Shown: positions 1-10,863, counted from the stretch's first letter. The stretch: 64,000 nt of DNA from Planctomycetota bacterium (GCA_038748775.1 JBCDIT010000016.1:6600-70599), one strand, 5' to 3'. Notes: generated from the sequence alone by a model not told the origin. A program made the numbers and translations.

Positions 1-133
1 CATGGCGCCGAATATACACAAGGGTGCTGGTATTGTTTTTCTTGCTCGGAAGACACATCGGCGCTACGCTGTCCGCTAACTCGATTCTGTCGTCTGCTTG
101 CTCTGTGTGACACACAATTACGAGGCGAACCCC

Positions 134-508
134 ATGCCAACCGCACACATCTGTGCTTCCGAGGTTGTGGATTTAGAACTGAAAAGCGACAATTTTATTG
201 CGGATGTCAGTGCCGCTCCGCCGATCTCAACGCCTGATGCGGAGGAACTCGATCTAGGAGTTGGCTTGACGTACCGAGTTTTCTACGAACAAGAAGGCGA
301 CTGCGTGTACGCCGCGGTGACTTGTGCCGAAACCGAGGCGGCAATTCGTGCGTTGGTCCCCGTTGGTTACACCGAGCTTGGGCAGTTGTTCCGCGGCGCT
401 TCGATCGAGTCTGTAGAGGATGAGCTCATCGCTGCTCTTCGAGATCAAATGCAGTTGGATGACGATTTTGATATCAGGATTCAGAATCTTGCGAATCGTG
501 GTCTCTAG
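134..508 (+). CDS. hypothetical acidic protein
   Basis: The track ORF 98..508 starts at TTG; the first ATG is at 134. No recognisable motif. It lies in the visibly lower-G+C left edge and overlaps 474..1121 convergently by 35 nt. Confidence 0.3.
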   Translation: MPTAHICASEVVDLELKSDNFIADVSAAPPISTPDAEELDLGVGLTYRVFYEQEGDCVYAAVTCAETEAAIRALVPVGYTELGQLFRGASIESVEDELIAALRDQMQLDDDFDIRIQNLANRGL

Positions 509-1121
509 CTTCTAGCTGCAGCGGGTTGGGATTACTTTCTGTCGAAGTGGTCGTGACTGAAGTTGCGGTAATTCCCAGGCCGACGAAAATCCACATGATC
601 ATTCCCCATCTGGGGGCACCAACGAGCAGGTTGCGGGTGGGGCCTTGGCGATTGCAAAGAACCACGGGTAACTGATGATCGGTGCGTAAGCAGTCCTCGA
701 TGGACTCCAGGTGCTTGCGATGATTGGATAGGCAGCCGATTCCTGAATTGAGTGTTCGTTCGAATCCGAAGCTGATCATCAGTCCAGACGCGGACAAAAT
801 CGTCGCGAAGATGGCCACTCGCCATTCATTGCCGCTCCGTAAGGAGAGTGCTAGTGCGGCGAGCAATCCGGCTGTTAGATAGATATAAGAAAAAAACTTC
901 GCCCAGTTGTGTTGATCTTCGTGGATGACGAGCTTTGTGACAAGGTCCGCTGAAGTGTAGAGCACATCGATTTGTTCCTTTTTATCTTGTAGAGATGGGT
1001 TGATTAATCGTCCAGGCGGATCAGTGAAGGTGGGGAAGCGGAGATGATCGGGCTTGCCAACGAGCCAAGATTTTAGTTTTGCGAAACGTCGGGTGAGCAG
1101 ATTCATTTCTGCATTATACAA
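474..1121 (-). CDS. hypothetical multi-pass membrane protein
   Basis: 215-aa ORF with a soluble N-terminal part followed by 3-4 hydrophobic helices (FFSYIYLTAGLLAALALSL, VAIFATILSASGLMISFGF, MIMWIFVGLGITA). Lower G+C than the rest of the window. No family recognised. Confidence 0.45.
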   Translation of the reverse strand: MYNAEMNLLTRRFAKLKSWLVGKPDHLRFPTFTDPPGRLINPSLQDKKEQIDVLYTSADLVTKLVIHEDQHNWAKFFSYIYLTAGLLAALALSLRSGNEWRVAIFATILSASGLMISFGFERTLNSGIGCLSNHRKHLESIEDCLRTDHQLPVVLCNRQGPTRNLLVGAPRWGMIMWIFVGLGITATSVTTTSTESNPNPLQLEARDHDSQDSES

Positions 1122-1164
1122 TCACTTCCGGCAGATGCCTTCCGGCAATCAGATCCGGTTGGCA

Positions 1165-2265
1165 TCAGCGTTCCATGGTGGTCGAGGTGCGATCTCGCCC
1201 GAGCACGCCTAGCCCCCAGGTTGCGCCGATACCGAGGGCGATCAACCCAAGGCTGCCTGCGACGTGAACCACGCCCGGGGTGAAGAACGCTTCGTTCCAG
1301 TCTTTCGGATCGTCAAATTCTTCGAGGTTGTCTTCGGTCACCACAACACCATCGACGGTGTCGCCCGCCTCGGGGGGCACGCCCTGCTTGAACGGGTACA
1401 GACCAGCGGGCGCCGCGACGAGCAGGCCCAGCAGGACGCCCAGCGTTGCTTTCTCGTAACGGTGGAGCACGAACTTGAGAATGTTTGACACCACGACAAC
1501 GCCGGCGACCACCCCGAGACCCACAGGCACGATCACGCCGAGCTGAGCCATGACCGCGCCCACGTCGGCGTCTTTGAGTGCAGAAACGGTGTCCTTGATC
1601 GCCGCGATGATCGGCTCGTACTGACCGAGCAGCAGCAGGAGGTACGCCCCGCTCACGCCCGGCAAGATCATCGCGCTCGCCCCTGCGACCCCCCCGATGA
1701 AGAGCATCACCGCGTTGCTCGAGCCCGATCCGCCGCCGACATCGAGCGATTGCAGCACGACAAGCGCAAGCATGCACACGACGCCCCCGACGAGGCCGCC
1801 CCACGCCCCCGGTGTCATAGGGCGGGCGAGCCGGAGCATGATCGGCACGCCCCCGAGCGTCAGCCCGATGAACAGGCTGTACATCCCCCAGCGGAACTCG
1901 GCCAAACCCAGCGAGACCACGCCCGCGAGCCCGCCAATCGCGACGACCGCCGCGAGGACGACGACGCCGAGAACCGCGATCGGAGCCGGTTTCAGCTTGA
2001 GCCTCGTGACGTCACCGATCGCGTCGATAAACCGCTCGTACACCCCGGCCGCGACGAGCATCGTCCCGCCCGAGATCCCGGGCACAAGGTTCGCAAGGCC
2101 CATCAGAGCCCCGCCGACGCCGCACCGGGCGAGCAGCCCCGGAGACAGCTTCGCGTCTGCGCCGGTCGACCCTCCGGCTGATCCGTCTGCGGATCCAACG
2201 ACCGACGCGTCCGGTTGTTCGTTCTGGGGCGTCGCGTTCGGGGTCTCGGTGGCGTCGTCGGGCAT
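1165..2265 (-). CDS. DUF368 family membrane protein (polyprenyl-phosphate transporter-like)
   Basis: 366-aa polytopic ORF with two copies of the P-G-[IV]-S-G-[GA] signature (NLVPGISGGTMLV, ILPGVSGAYLLL) typical of DUF368/PF04018. ATG start at 2265. Confidence 0.75.
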   Translation of the reverse strand: MPDDATETPNATPQNEQPDASVVGSADGSAGGSTGADAKLSPGLLARCGVGGALMGLANLVPGISGGTMLVAAGVYERFIDAIGDVTRLKLKPAPIAVLGVVVLAAVVAIGGLAGVVSLGLAEFRWGMYSLFIGLTLGGVPIMLRLARPMTPGAWGGLVGGVVCMLALVVLQSLDVGGGSGSSNAVMLFIGGVAGASAMILPGVSGAYLLLLLGQYEPIIAAIKDTVSALKDADVGAVMAQLGVIVPVGLGVVAGVVVVSNILKFVLHRYEKATLGVLLGLLVAAPAGLYPFKQGVPPEAGDTVDGVVVTEDNLEEFDDPKDWNEAFFTPGVVHVAGSLGLIALGIGATWGLGVLGRDRTSTTMER

Positions 2266-2348
2266 CGGGTGGGTCCTGGTCTAGCCGATATGCTCCGCTC
2301 AACACGGCGCGCGTCGGCGGCGTACGCGGCGAGGATAGCGGTATCGAG

Positions 2349-2355
2349 AAAGGAG
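2349..2355 (+). promoter_or_regulatory. Shine-Dalgarno-like AAAGGAG upstream of the galE TTG start
   Basis: AAAGGAG ends 5 nt before the TTG at 2361. Confidence 0.4.
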
Positions 2356-2360
2356 CCCCC

Positions 2361-3398
<1,038 letters not shown>

Positions 3399-3415
3399 GC
3401 CGCGGCACGGCCCGG

Positions 3416-4828
3416 GTGGTCGCTCTCGCCCTGGGCATCACGGCCGCTGGCTGCGTCACGATCCAACCGGCGGCGTACGACCGATCGTCGTCGGATGCCC
3501 ACGTTGCTTCCGCCGAAGCGGCGTCGCCGTCCGAGTCGCGCTGGCCCTCGAGGTGGGGCGATGCGTCCGGTGCCAAGGGCGTGGTCGTCGCGTTGCCCGA
3601 CCCTGAGGTCCAACGCACCGGACGGCGGATCGGCCGGTTCCACGACCAGCGTCCCTCGGCCTCCGACGTGAAGCTCGTCGAACGCCTCGCGAAGGGGAGT
3701 GCCGATGTCGGGGGCTACCGATACCGAATGGAGGGCCCCGGGGGCTTCATCTTCGTTCCCGAGGAAGACTCGAACGGGCCCAAACGCCTCTCAAGGGGCA
3801 AGACGCCGGCGGAGATGCTGGTGTTCGTTTCGGGCAAGGTCACCGAGTCCAACGAGACGGTCGCCGGAGAGCCCGAAGAACGTGTCGTGATCCAAAGGAC
3901 GTGGGCGGCGCTCTACGAGCACGCATCAAAGTCCGATGAAAACGGACATGGGCTCGTCGTCGTCGCGCCAGGGTTGTTCGGCGTGCCCGAGCCGGTCATC
4001 GGGTCGATCGTTCAAGCCATCCGGAACGACGGGTGGAACGTCCTCCGCGTCCTCGCGCCCCCCTCGAGGTTCACCGAGCGAGCCGAGATCGAGATGATCT
4101 CGGTCAGTGTCACAACACCTGAGTCCTCCGACGAGGATGACACACCGATCGACCAAGAAATGTCGTTCCAACTCGAGTACAACTACGAGCGGTTTGCAGA
4201 GATGTCGGGCGACCGCGTCGCGGAGTACGCCTACGCGTGCGAAGCGCTCACGTCATGGGTCCGAGACAACCGGCCCGATCTCGCGCCCGGTCCGGGTCCG
4301 CTCATCTCGATGAGCGCCGGTGCAATCTCGACGCCGGCGATCCTCACGCGAGCGCCGGATCTGTACACAGGCACGCTTATGATCGCGGGCGGTGGCGACT
4401 TGCTCTCGGTAACCGCAAAGAGCAACTACACCGACCTCGTCGATGCGATCCGCCTCGATTGGTCGATCACGCTGCCCGATGGCGCAGACACCGGGTCGCT
4501 CTCGAACGACGCGGTCCCGACCATCGTCGACGAGATCGCGCCCCGCTACCTTGAGCACGCCCCGCTCGATCCGATCAACCTCGCGGCGGGGCTCAAGGAC
4601 CGCCCGATCGTCATGCTGCAGGGCTCGCAGGACAAGGCGGTGCCATCGGAGCACGGCGACCAACTCTGGGAAGCGCTCGGCGCCCCCGAGCGTTGGCTCA
4701 CGCCCCTCGACCATGGCCCCCTCTTCGTTGGTCTTTTCCTCTGGACGCCCCGGATGCTCACCTGGCTTGAGTCCGAAGAGAAGCGTCTGACCGAGGCGAT
4801 GCAACCGGTGGAAGAGGCTTCACCTTGA
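3416..4828 (+). CDS. alpha/beta-hydrolase-fold lipoprotein (putative)
   Basis: The track ORF starts at 3311 but would overlap galE by 88 nt. A GTG at 3416 gives a lipoprotein-like signal (VVALALGITAAGC). It has a nucleophile-elbow-like LISMSAGA and a C-terminal MLQGSQDKAVPSEHG typical of hydrolase Asp/His loops. The start is uncertain. Confidence 0.5.
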   Translation: MVALALGITAAGCVTIQPAAYDRSSSDAHVASAEAASPSESRWPSRWGDASGAKGVVVALPDPEVQRTGRRIGRFHDQRPSASDVKLVERLAKGSADVGGYRYRMEGPGGFIFVPEEDSNGPKRLSRGKTPAEMLVFVSGKVTESNETVAGEPEERVVIQRTWAALYEHASKSDENGHGLVVVAPGLFGVPEPVIGSIVQAIRNDGWNVLRVLAPPSRFTERAEIEMISVSVTTPESSDEDDTPIDQEMSFQLEYNYERFAEMSGDRVAEYAYACEALTSWVRDNRPDLAPGPGPLISMSAGAISTPAILTRAPDLYTGTLMIAGGGDLLSVTAKSNYTDLVDAIRLDWSITLPDGADTGSLSNDAVPTIVDEIAPRYLEHAPLDPINLAAGLKDRPIVMLQGSQDKAVPSEHGDQLWEALGAPERWLTPLDHGPLFVGLFLWTPRMLTWLESEEKRLTEAMQPVEEASP

Positions 4829-5781
4829 ACGACGACCGCGACCGGTTCACGATCGTCGTGAGCCCCTATCACCTCACGACGCGAGAAGCGCCCGCCATCG
4901 CCGCGGCCCAGATCGCAGACGAGATCGTGACGCTGGTGCCGGCGCCGATGACCGGTCGGGATGGTGTCAGGCCCGACGCCGGTCGCGCAACAGCCCTCGC
5001 CCGCTCCGCCCCGGTCTACGCAGAGATGATGGACTCCTGGTCTTGGTGCGCCGAGCTGTTTCGCGAAGGCATCATCGGCTCGGTCTTCGGTGGCGACGAC
5101 GCGGCCGACGACGCGCGGGCCGCGTGCGACCGGATCGGCATCGAAGAGTGGCTCGGGTCGCTCCGCCCGCTGGTGAGACCCGAGCTGTTCGACGACGACC
5201 GGACGTACCTCGGAGCCGTCGCCACCGACGTGCTTCGGGGCGGGCCCGATCCGGCGTTGTCTATCCCGCTCGCCGCCGGGCTCGACGCGTTCGCGGCCCG
5301 ACACGGCCTGGTGGTCGCGAGAGCCGCCGCGACGTCGATCGCGCAGAAGGCCGAGGCCAAGCACGCGACACGACGAGCTCAGTTCGCCGTCCCCGCCCTT
5401 GTTCAAGGCTCCGCCGACCGGCTCCTGCTCGCACGAGCGTTGTTCGACGAACCCCTGGCCGACCTTCGCGCCGCCCTCGCGGCCCTCGCGGCGGGCGAAG
5501 CCGCCGACGTGGAAGGCCCCGCACGGGCGTACACCGAGGCGTTTGCGATCGAGCGTGAGCACCTTCTCGCCCCGCCAGGGCCCAACGACGACGACGACGA
5601 GGTCCGCCCCGTCGAGGGCACGCTCGCGATGCAACTCGTCGAACTGCCCCGCGACGTTGTCTTCGAGGCGAGCGTCGAGGCCGCCGCGGTGCTCGAGGGC
5701 GTGCGTTCGGCGCCTCAAGACCGGGTCGCGTGTCCCGACGTCCTGACGTCATTGGTCGTGAAAGTCATCGGGCGCCGCTGA
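4825..5781 (+). CDS. hypothetical protein
   Basis: 318-aa ORF. Its TTG start overlaps the upstream stop (TTGA), indicating translational coupling. High GC3. No motif recognised. Confidence 0.5.
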   Translation: MNDDRDRFTIVVSPYHLTTREAPAIAAAQIADEIVTLVPAPMTGRDGVRPDAGRATALARSAPVYAEMMDSWSWCAELFREGIIGSVFGGDDAADDARAACDRIGIEEWLGSLRPLVRPELFDDDRTYLGAVATDVLRGGPDPALSIPLAAGLDAFAARHGLVVARAAATSIAQKAEAKHATRRAQFAVPALVQGSADRLLLARALFDEPLADLRAALAALAAGEAADVEGPARAYTEAFAIEREHLLAPPGPNDDDDEVRPVEGTLAMQLVELPRDVVFEASVEAAAVLEGVRSAPQDRVACPDVLTSLVVKVIGRR

Positions 5782-5812
5782 CAGGCGGTGGGGGCGGGCC
5801 AACACTCCGCCG

Positions 5813-8152
5813 ATGGCAAGCGAACCCACCAACCGTCTCGGGACCTCCACGAGCCCCTACCTGCTCCAGCACGCCTCGAACCCGGTGCACTGGCACGAGT
5901 GGGGGCCGGCCGCGTTCGAGGAAGCTCGCGAACGAGGCGTGCCGATCTTCTTGAGCATCGGCTACTCCACGTGCTACTGGTGCCACGTGATGGAGCGCGA
6001 GTCGTTCGAGTCGGACGACGTCGCCAGCGTGATGAACGAGTTGTTCGTTTGCATCAAGGCCGACCGCGAGCAACTCCCGGCCCTCGACGACGTGTACATG
6101 GCCGCCACCCAGCTCATGACCGGCCGAGGCGGCTGGCCCATGAGCGTGTTCCTGACGCCCGACACGCTCAAGCCCTTCTATTGCGGGACCTACTTCCCCG
6201 CCCAGCCCAGGCAGGGCATGCCAGGGTTCATTCAGGTCCTCCGAGGCCTCTCCGATGCGTACAAGAGTCGCACGGAAGAGGTTGTCGCTCAGGCCGACAA
6301 GCTCGCCGAGGGTGTGGTCGAATACCTCGGGGCCCAGCAAGCCCCCGTCGCGCTCGGGGCGAAGGAAGTCGAAGCCGCGGCCGGCGCGCTCATCCAGACC
6401 CACGACACCACCGATGGCGGTTTCGGCGGCGCCCCCAAGTTCCCCCAGCCGGCGTACATCGAGTTTCTGCTCGATGTTGCTTCGTCGGCGGATGAGAAAA
6501 CCCGCGACGCGATCGACCAGGTGATCACCCACACCCTCGACCGCATGGCGGTGGGGGGGCTGTTCGATCAGGTCGGTGGCGGGTTCCACCGGTACTGCGT
6601 CGACAAGACCTGGACGGTCCCGCACTTCGAGAAAATGCTCTACGACAACGCCCAACTCGTGAGCGTCTACGCCCGCGCCGCCGACGACTACTCCGACGGC
6701 TACTACGCCAAAATCGTGCGCCGGACCCTCGACTACGTGCTCCGCGAGATGGTCGGACCCGAGGGGCAGTTCTTCTCCGCCCAGGACGCCGAGGTCGACG
6801 GACGCGAGGGGCTCAACTACCTCTGGACGCGAGAGGAGGTCGAGCAAGTGCTGGCCGATGACCTCCCCGCGGTCGGCGTCGAGCTCTACGGGCTCGAAGA
6901 AACCAACTTCCAAGACCCGCACCACCCCGAGGACGGCCCCAAGAACGTGCTGAGACTCGAAGACCGCCCCGACCGCCTCGCCAAGCAGCACGGCGTCTCC
7001 GAACTCGAACTGGTCACACAACTCGGCTCGATCAACGATGAACTTCTTAAGGCCCGTGACCAGCGCACACCGGCGGCGACCGACGACAAGGCCCTCGCCG
7101 CGTGGAACGGGATGATGATCTCGGGCATGCTCGACGGGCACGCGCTCGTGGGTGAACAGGCGTACGCCGACGCGGCCCAGCAGGCCGCGGATTTCGTGCT
7201 CACCAAAATGCGCCACGCCGACGGCTCGCTCGTTCGCGACTATCGCGAGGGCAAGACCTCGGGCGAGGGCGTGCTCGAAGACCACGCGTGCATGCTCCGG
7301 GCACTGCTCGCGTTGCACGCGGCGGGTATCGGCGAGGGCAAGTACTTCGACGAAGCCAAAGCTCTGGCCGACGTCATCGAGTCGCGGTTTGCCGATGGTT
7401 CAGGCGGGTACTTCGACACGGTTGAAGGTGGCCAAGACCTGTTCGTGCGTCCTCGGACGTTCTATGACGGGGCCTCACCGTCCGGAGCCAGCACGCTACT
7501 CAATGCGCTGGTGACCTTCGCCAGGCTCGACACCGGAGGCCCTTGGCTCGGGCGTGCCGTGGGTCTTTGTCGTTCGCTCTCGGGACGCATCGCAGAGCAA
7601 CCGGTCGCGACGATCAACGCGACCCGGGGCCTCTTCCGCCTTTTGCAAACCGGCACCGAAGCCGCCGGGCAACTCGCCCAGGGTGAACAGCTGCCCGATT
7701 CCACCGACGACAGCGCCGCCCCGCCCCCGGTCGAGATCTACGCCGATTCCGAACGCCTGACCGTCACCGATGACACCCCAGCCGAACTCAACCTCGTTCT
7801 CCGCATCGCCCCGGGGTATCACGTGCTCGCGGCCGAGCCGGCTTCGCCCGACGCCGACCCGAGCGTTGTCCGGAGCCTGATCCCGCTCCGAGTGGGCCTG
7901 GTTTCGGGCCAGGGGATCGCGGTGTACGCCGACTATCCCGAGGGCCAGCCCTACGGCGCCGAGATGACCGGCTCAAATGACCTGCGTGTGTACCAGGGCG
8001 ACCTGGAGCTGCGCGTCGCCGTCGAGAAGGCCGACGGCATCGGCCCGACACCCGGGACACCGATCCTGGGCGTGACGTTCCAGGTGTGCACGGATACGGA
8101 ATGCTTGGAGCCGACGACGTTTGAGTTGGACGTGGCGGTGGACATCGCCTAG
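5813..8152 (+). CDS. thioredoxin-domain protein (DUF255/YyaL-SPATA20 family) with a C-terminal DsbD-N-like domain
   Basis: N-terminus SPYLLQHASNPVHWHEWG...GYSTCYWCHVME is the DUF255 thioredoxin-like signature, followed by a GlcNAc-2-epimerase-like alpha/alpha region. The last ~140 aa (LRIAPGYHVLAAEP ... FQVCTDTECLEP) resemble the DsbD N-terminal / DsbC-corrector fold. Confidence 0.85.
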   Translation: MASEPTNRLGTSTSPYLLQHASNPVHWHEWGPAAFEEARERGVPIFLSIGYSTCYWCHVMERESFESDDVASVMNELFVCIKADREQLPALDDVYMAATQLMTGRGGWPMSVFLTPDTLKPFYCGTYFPAQPRQGMPGFIQVLRGLSDAYKSRTEEVVAQADKLAEGVVEYLGAQQAPVALGAKEVEAAAGALIQTHDTTDGGFGGAPKFPQPAYIEFLLDVASSADEKTRDAIDQVITHTLDRMAVGGLFDQVGGGFHRYCVDKTWTVPHFEKMLYDNAQLVSVYARAADDYSDGYYAKIVRRTLDYVLREMVGPEGQFFSAQDAEVDGREGLNYLWTREEVEQVLADDLPAVGVELYGLEETNFQDPHHPEDGPKNVLRLEDRPDRLAKQHGVSELELVTQLGSINDELLKARDQRTPAATDDKALAAWNGMMISGMLDGHALVGEQAYADAAQQAADFVLTKMRHADGSLVRDYREGKTSGEGVLEDHACMLRALLALHAAGIGEGKYFDEAKALADVIESRFADGSGGYFDTVEGGQDLFVRPRTFYDGASPSGASTLLNALVTFARLDTGGPWLGRAVGLCRSLSGRIAEQPVATINATRGLFRLLQTGTEAAGQLAQGEQLPDSTDDSAAPPPVEIYADSERLTVTDDTPAELNLVLRIAPGYHVLAAEPASPDADPSVVRSLIPLRVGLVSGQGIAVYADYPEGQPYGAEMTGSNDLRVYQGDLELRVAVEKADGIGPTPGTPILGVTFQVCTDTECLEPTTFELDVAVDIA

Positions 8153-8345
8153 GGCGTTTTCACTGAACGTGTGGCGCCACGAGCTCAAATTTCTCGACCG
8201 GAATCCCGCCGGATTGACTCCGGCGCTAGTTCCGCAAGCGACTATGCAGACGGAGGCCGTTACGGCGCTATCAAATCCGCGCCTAGCCGTCTGAGGCGAG
8301 ACTTAGGTCGTCGCCAGCACGACATCCCGGGGTGGCCAGAGTTTT

Positions 8346-9011
8346 CTACGCGAAGAGCCCATGCTCGCGAAGCATCCTCAGCATCTGCCCCGCCGTATCC
8401 CCCTCATGGTTGATCAACGCCGATTTCCACCCGAGCCCCAACGCCGCATCGATGTTCTCTTGCAAGTCGTCAAAGAAGATCGCCTCCGCTGCGCGACCCT
8501 CAAACCCGCACGTTGCGAGTGTGCGGTCGTAGATCGACCGCTCCGGCTTCGCCACCCCCAGCTCATGGCTCATCGCTCGGTACCCAAGCTTCGATGGCGC
8601 CGGGAACTCGAGCGACCCGTCCGCGTTCCTCGATGATTGGCGCATCGCGTGGCTCGCGTTTGTGTTGCTCAGCAGCGCTGTCTGCAGCCCTGCCGCGTGA
8701 ATCTCGTCGATCAAGTCACTGACGCCTTCGTACTCGCCGATGAGCCATGCATCGTGCAGCGTCCGGATCTCCGCTTCGCTGTACGCCCCGCCCGTCCGCT
8801 CCGCCGCCTTCGCGAAGTACTCGTCGCAGGTCATCAGCCCCAGTTGGTATTGCCCGCTGAGTTCCTGGCGCGAGACGCGCAGCTCAGGGTGGGCCGCGAC
8901 GTCGCGGTACTCAATGCCAGTTCGTGCGCACGCTTCCTGCAGCGAGCGGCAGATCTTGATGAGCACACCGCCCCAGTCGAACACCACCAGGCCGATCTTG
9001 CTCTCACCCAT
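8346..9011 (-). CDS. HAD-superfamily hydrolase
   Basis: N-terminal LVVFDWGGVL (motif I variant), LLSNTN (motif II) and FFDDLQENI (motif IV-like). 221 aa. Confidence 0.7.
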   Translation of the reverse strand: MGESKIGLVVFDWGGVLIKICRSLQEACARTGIEYRDVAAHPELRVSRQELSGQYQLGLMTCDEYFAKAAERTGGAYSEAEIRTLHDAWLIGEYEGVSDLIDEIHAAGLQTALLSNTNASHAMRQSSRNADGSLEFPAPSKLGYRAMSHELGVAKPERSIYDRTLATCGFEGRAAEAIFFDDLQENIDAALGLGWKSALINHEGDTAGQMLRMLREHGLFA

Positions 9012-9034
9012 CTCGCGTTCCTCATCACCGGGCG

Positions 9035-10378
9035 TCAGTGCTCTTCGTTGTCGCCGTCGCTGGCGTCCTTGGCCATCGCGGCCTCGATCTGTTCCGCCGT
9101 CGGCTTCATGATCTCGGCCATCACCGTTGTCGCGAACGCGCCGCGAGGCAGGTCGAAAGCGCAGCGGACGTAGCCGCCGTGCTCGTCGACGCCGCCTTCA
9201 ACCTCGACGTTCCGCATCGCCACACGCAGAGGCCGGCGCGTCCCGCCGTGCATCGCGTCGGGGTCGTCGCGCCAGCGTTCCAGATCTTCGGGTCTTACTC
9301 CGAACGAACGCAACGCCCGAACCTCCGCTTCATCGGTCTCGCCCTTGGCTCGTTTCATCCGTGGGCCCCACATCGGGCCGGAGGCGGAGATCTCGAGTTG
9401 CTCAAGGTCGGTCTTGGTCGATTCGTCCAGCAAGGCGCTCTCGTCAACCTCGCGGCCTCCCCGTCCGCGTTCGCTCACGATCACGTCGCCCAGGCGCAGC
9501 TCACCCAACACTCCTTGTTCGACACGCTCGTCGAGAACAGCGTTGAACACCGCCGACTGGAACGCAGAATGCAGATAGTTCCGCACGTCGCGCTCGATCG
9601 ACATGATCGCCTGCTCCGGGCTTTCTCCATTGGCGAGAGAAGCGAGCACGCCCCGTTCGGTCCGGAAGCGTCGGGGGAACGCGCGCCGTGCTTCCGCGTA
9701 GTCCCCTTTCAAGAACGCCTCTCGTGCTTCCGCGTGGCTTCCCGGCGCCGTCGGGCTCGGCCCGAGCAAGGCACGGCACGCGCCCTCATAGTCTTCGAGA
9801 AAGAGCGCCCGTCCGACGACGTGGTTATTGAGGAGGTACCCGAACCGTTGCTCGCCGAATCGATCGGGCACGCCGGTTCGTTCCAAGATCCGGATCCCGC
9901 GCTGGGCGGGCAACGCGGCGGTCGCTTCCACACCCCGCACGCGGATGCTGAACCGGTTGCCGACCAAGTGGCCCCGCCTCAGCTTGTTGTCGTGGTAGTC
10001 GGCCCAGAGAATCGAAACCCGAGGGTGTTGAAGCTGAGGGAAGTCCTCGATCTTCTTACCAGGGACGTGCACCGACACGACTTGCCGCGTGACCGCCATC
10101 CGGTCCTTGAGGCCGGCGTACCCGAGCGCCCCGAGCCGGACACCGAAGTGTTTGGCGACGATGCGGAGCATCTCCATCGCCGTCAGCTCTCGTTTCTCGA
10201 CCATCAGGTAGACGTGTTCGCCTGTACCGCTCGGTTGGTAGAGGGGCAGCTCTTCAACAAAGAAGTCCCCAGCGCGCTCCTTGAGCCGCCCGCCGATCCC
10301 TGGGATGTCATCGGTCAGGTACCGGATCGGCACCGTGCGGACGCGTTCGATGTCATTCGGGCCCGGGCCCGGGGTCAC
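9035..10378 (-). CDS. truD: tRNA pseudouridine(13) synthase TruD
   Basis: FFVEELPLY...GEHVYLMVEK N-terminus and the catalytic GxKD motif (YAGLKDRMAVTRQ). GTG start overlaps the upstream stop (GTGA). Confidence 0.85.
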   Translation of the reverse strand: MTPGPGPNDIERVRTVPIRYLTDDIPGIGGRLKERAGDFFVEELPLYQPSGTGEHVYLMVEKRELTAMEMLRIVAKHFGVRLGALGYAGLKDRMAVTRQVVSVHVPGKKIEDFPQLQHPRVSILWADYHDNKLRRGHLVGNRFSIRVRGVEATAALPAQRGIRILERTGVPDRFGEQRFGYLLNNHVVGRALFLEDYEGACRALLGPSPTAPGSHAEAREAFLKGDYAEARRAFPRRFRTERGVLASLANGESPEQAIMSIERDVRNYLHSAFQSAVFNAVLDERVEQGVLGELRLGDVIVSERGRGGREVDESALLDESTKTDLEQLEISASGPMWGPRMKRAKGETDEAEVRALRSFGVRPEDLERWRDDPDAMHGGTRRPLRVAMRNVEVEGGVDEHGGYVRCAFDLPRGAFATTVMAEIMKPTAEQIEAAMAKDASDGDNEEH

Positions 10379-10824
10379 GATTCGTCTTCCATCGCCGCGT
10401 CGAGAACGCGTTCTTCGACAAAGATCGGCACACCGCTCGCGATGCCAAGGGCGATCGCGTCGCTGGGCCGGCTGTCGATTTCCACCAGCTCACCCGCCCC
10501 GTCGCGCACCCGGAGGATCGCGAAGAACGTGTGCTCGCTCAGATCGTTGATGCAGATGCTCTCGAGTTCGCCGCCCAGACGATCGATCACGCTCGCGAGA
10601 AGGTCATGCGTCTGAGGACGCTTGATCGTGATGCCGTTGAGTCGGCGTTCGATTGCCTGCGCCTCGGGAAGGCCGATCACGATGGGGAACCGTCTCGCGC
10701 TGTCCTCGAAAGGCGGCGCGTCGTTGCTGTCGGTCTCGCCCTCGACGACTTCGCGCAACTCGATAATCTGGTGGTCCACCAGTTCGCGGATCAGGATGCG
10801 GCTCAGCTCCATCCGAACGTTCAT
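10375..10824 (-). CDS. bifunctional nuclease (DUF151/BFN) family protein
   Basis: 149 aa. FPIVIGLPEAQAIERRL...RPQTHDLLASVI and SRPSDAIALGI match the BFN domain pattern. Confidence 0.75.
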   Translation of the reverse strand: MNVRMELSRILIRELVDHQIIELREVVEGETDSNDAPPFEDSARRFPIVIGLPEAQAIERRLNGITIKRPQTHDLLASVIDRLGGELESICINDLSEHTFFAILRVRDGAGELVEIDSRPSDAIALGIASGVPIFVEERVLDAAMEDES

Positions 10825-10863
10825 CCCGTCATCCTCTCCGCCGTCCCTGTCGGCGTCAACGCC

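Noticed and set aside
5765-7318. 517-aa ORF on the minus strand
   Set aside because: Antisense shadow of the thioredoxin-domain (YyaL-like) gene. No motifs and biased composition.
9038-10615. 525-aa ORF on the plus strand
   Set aside because: Lies opposite truD and the BFN gene, both well supported. Arg/Pro/His-rich product.
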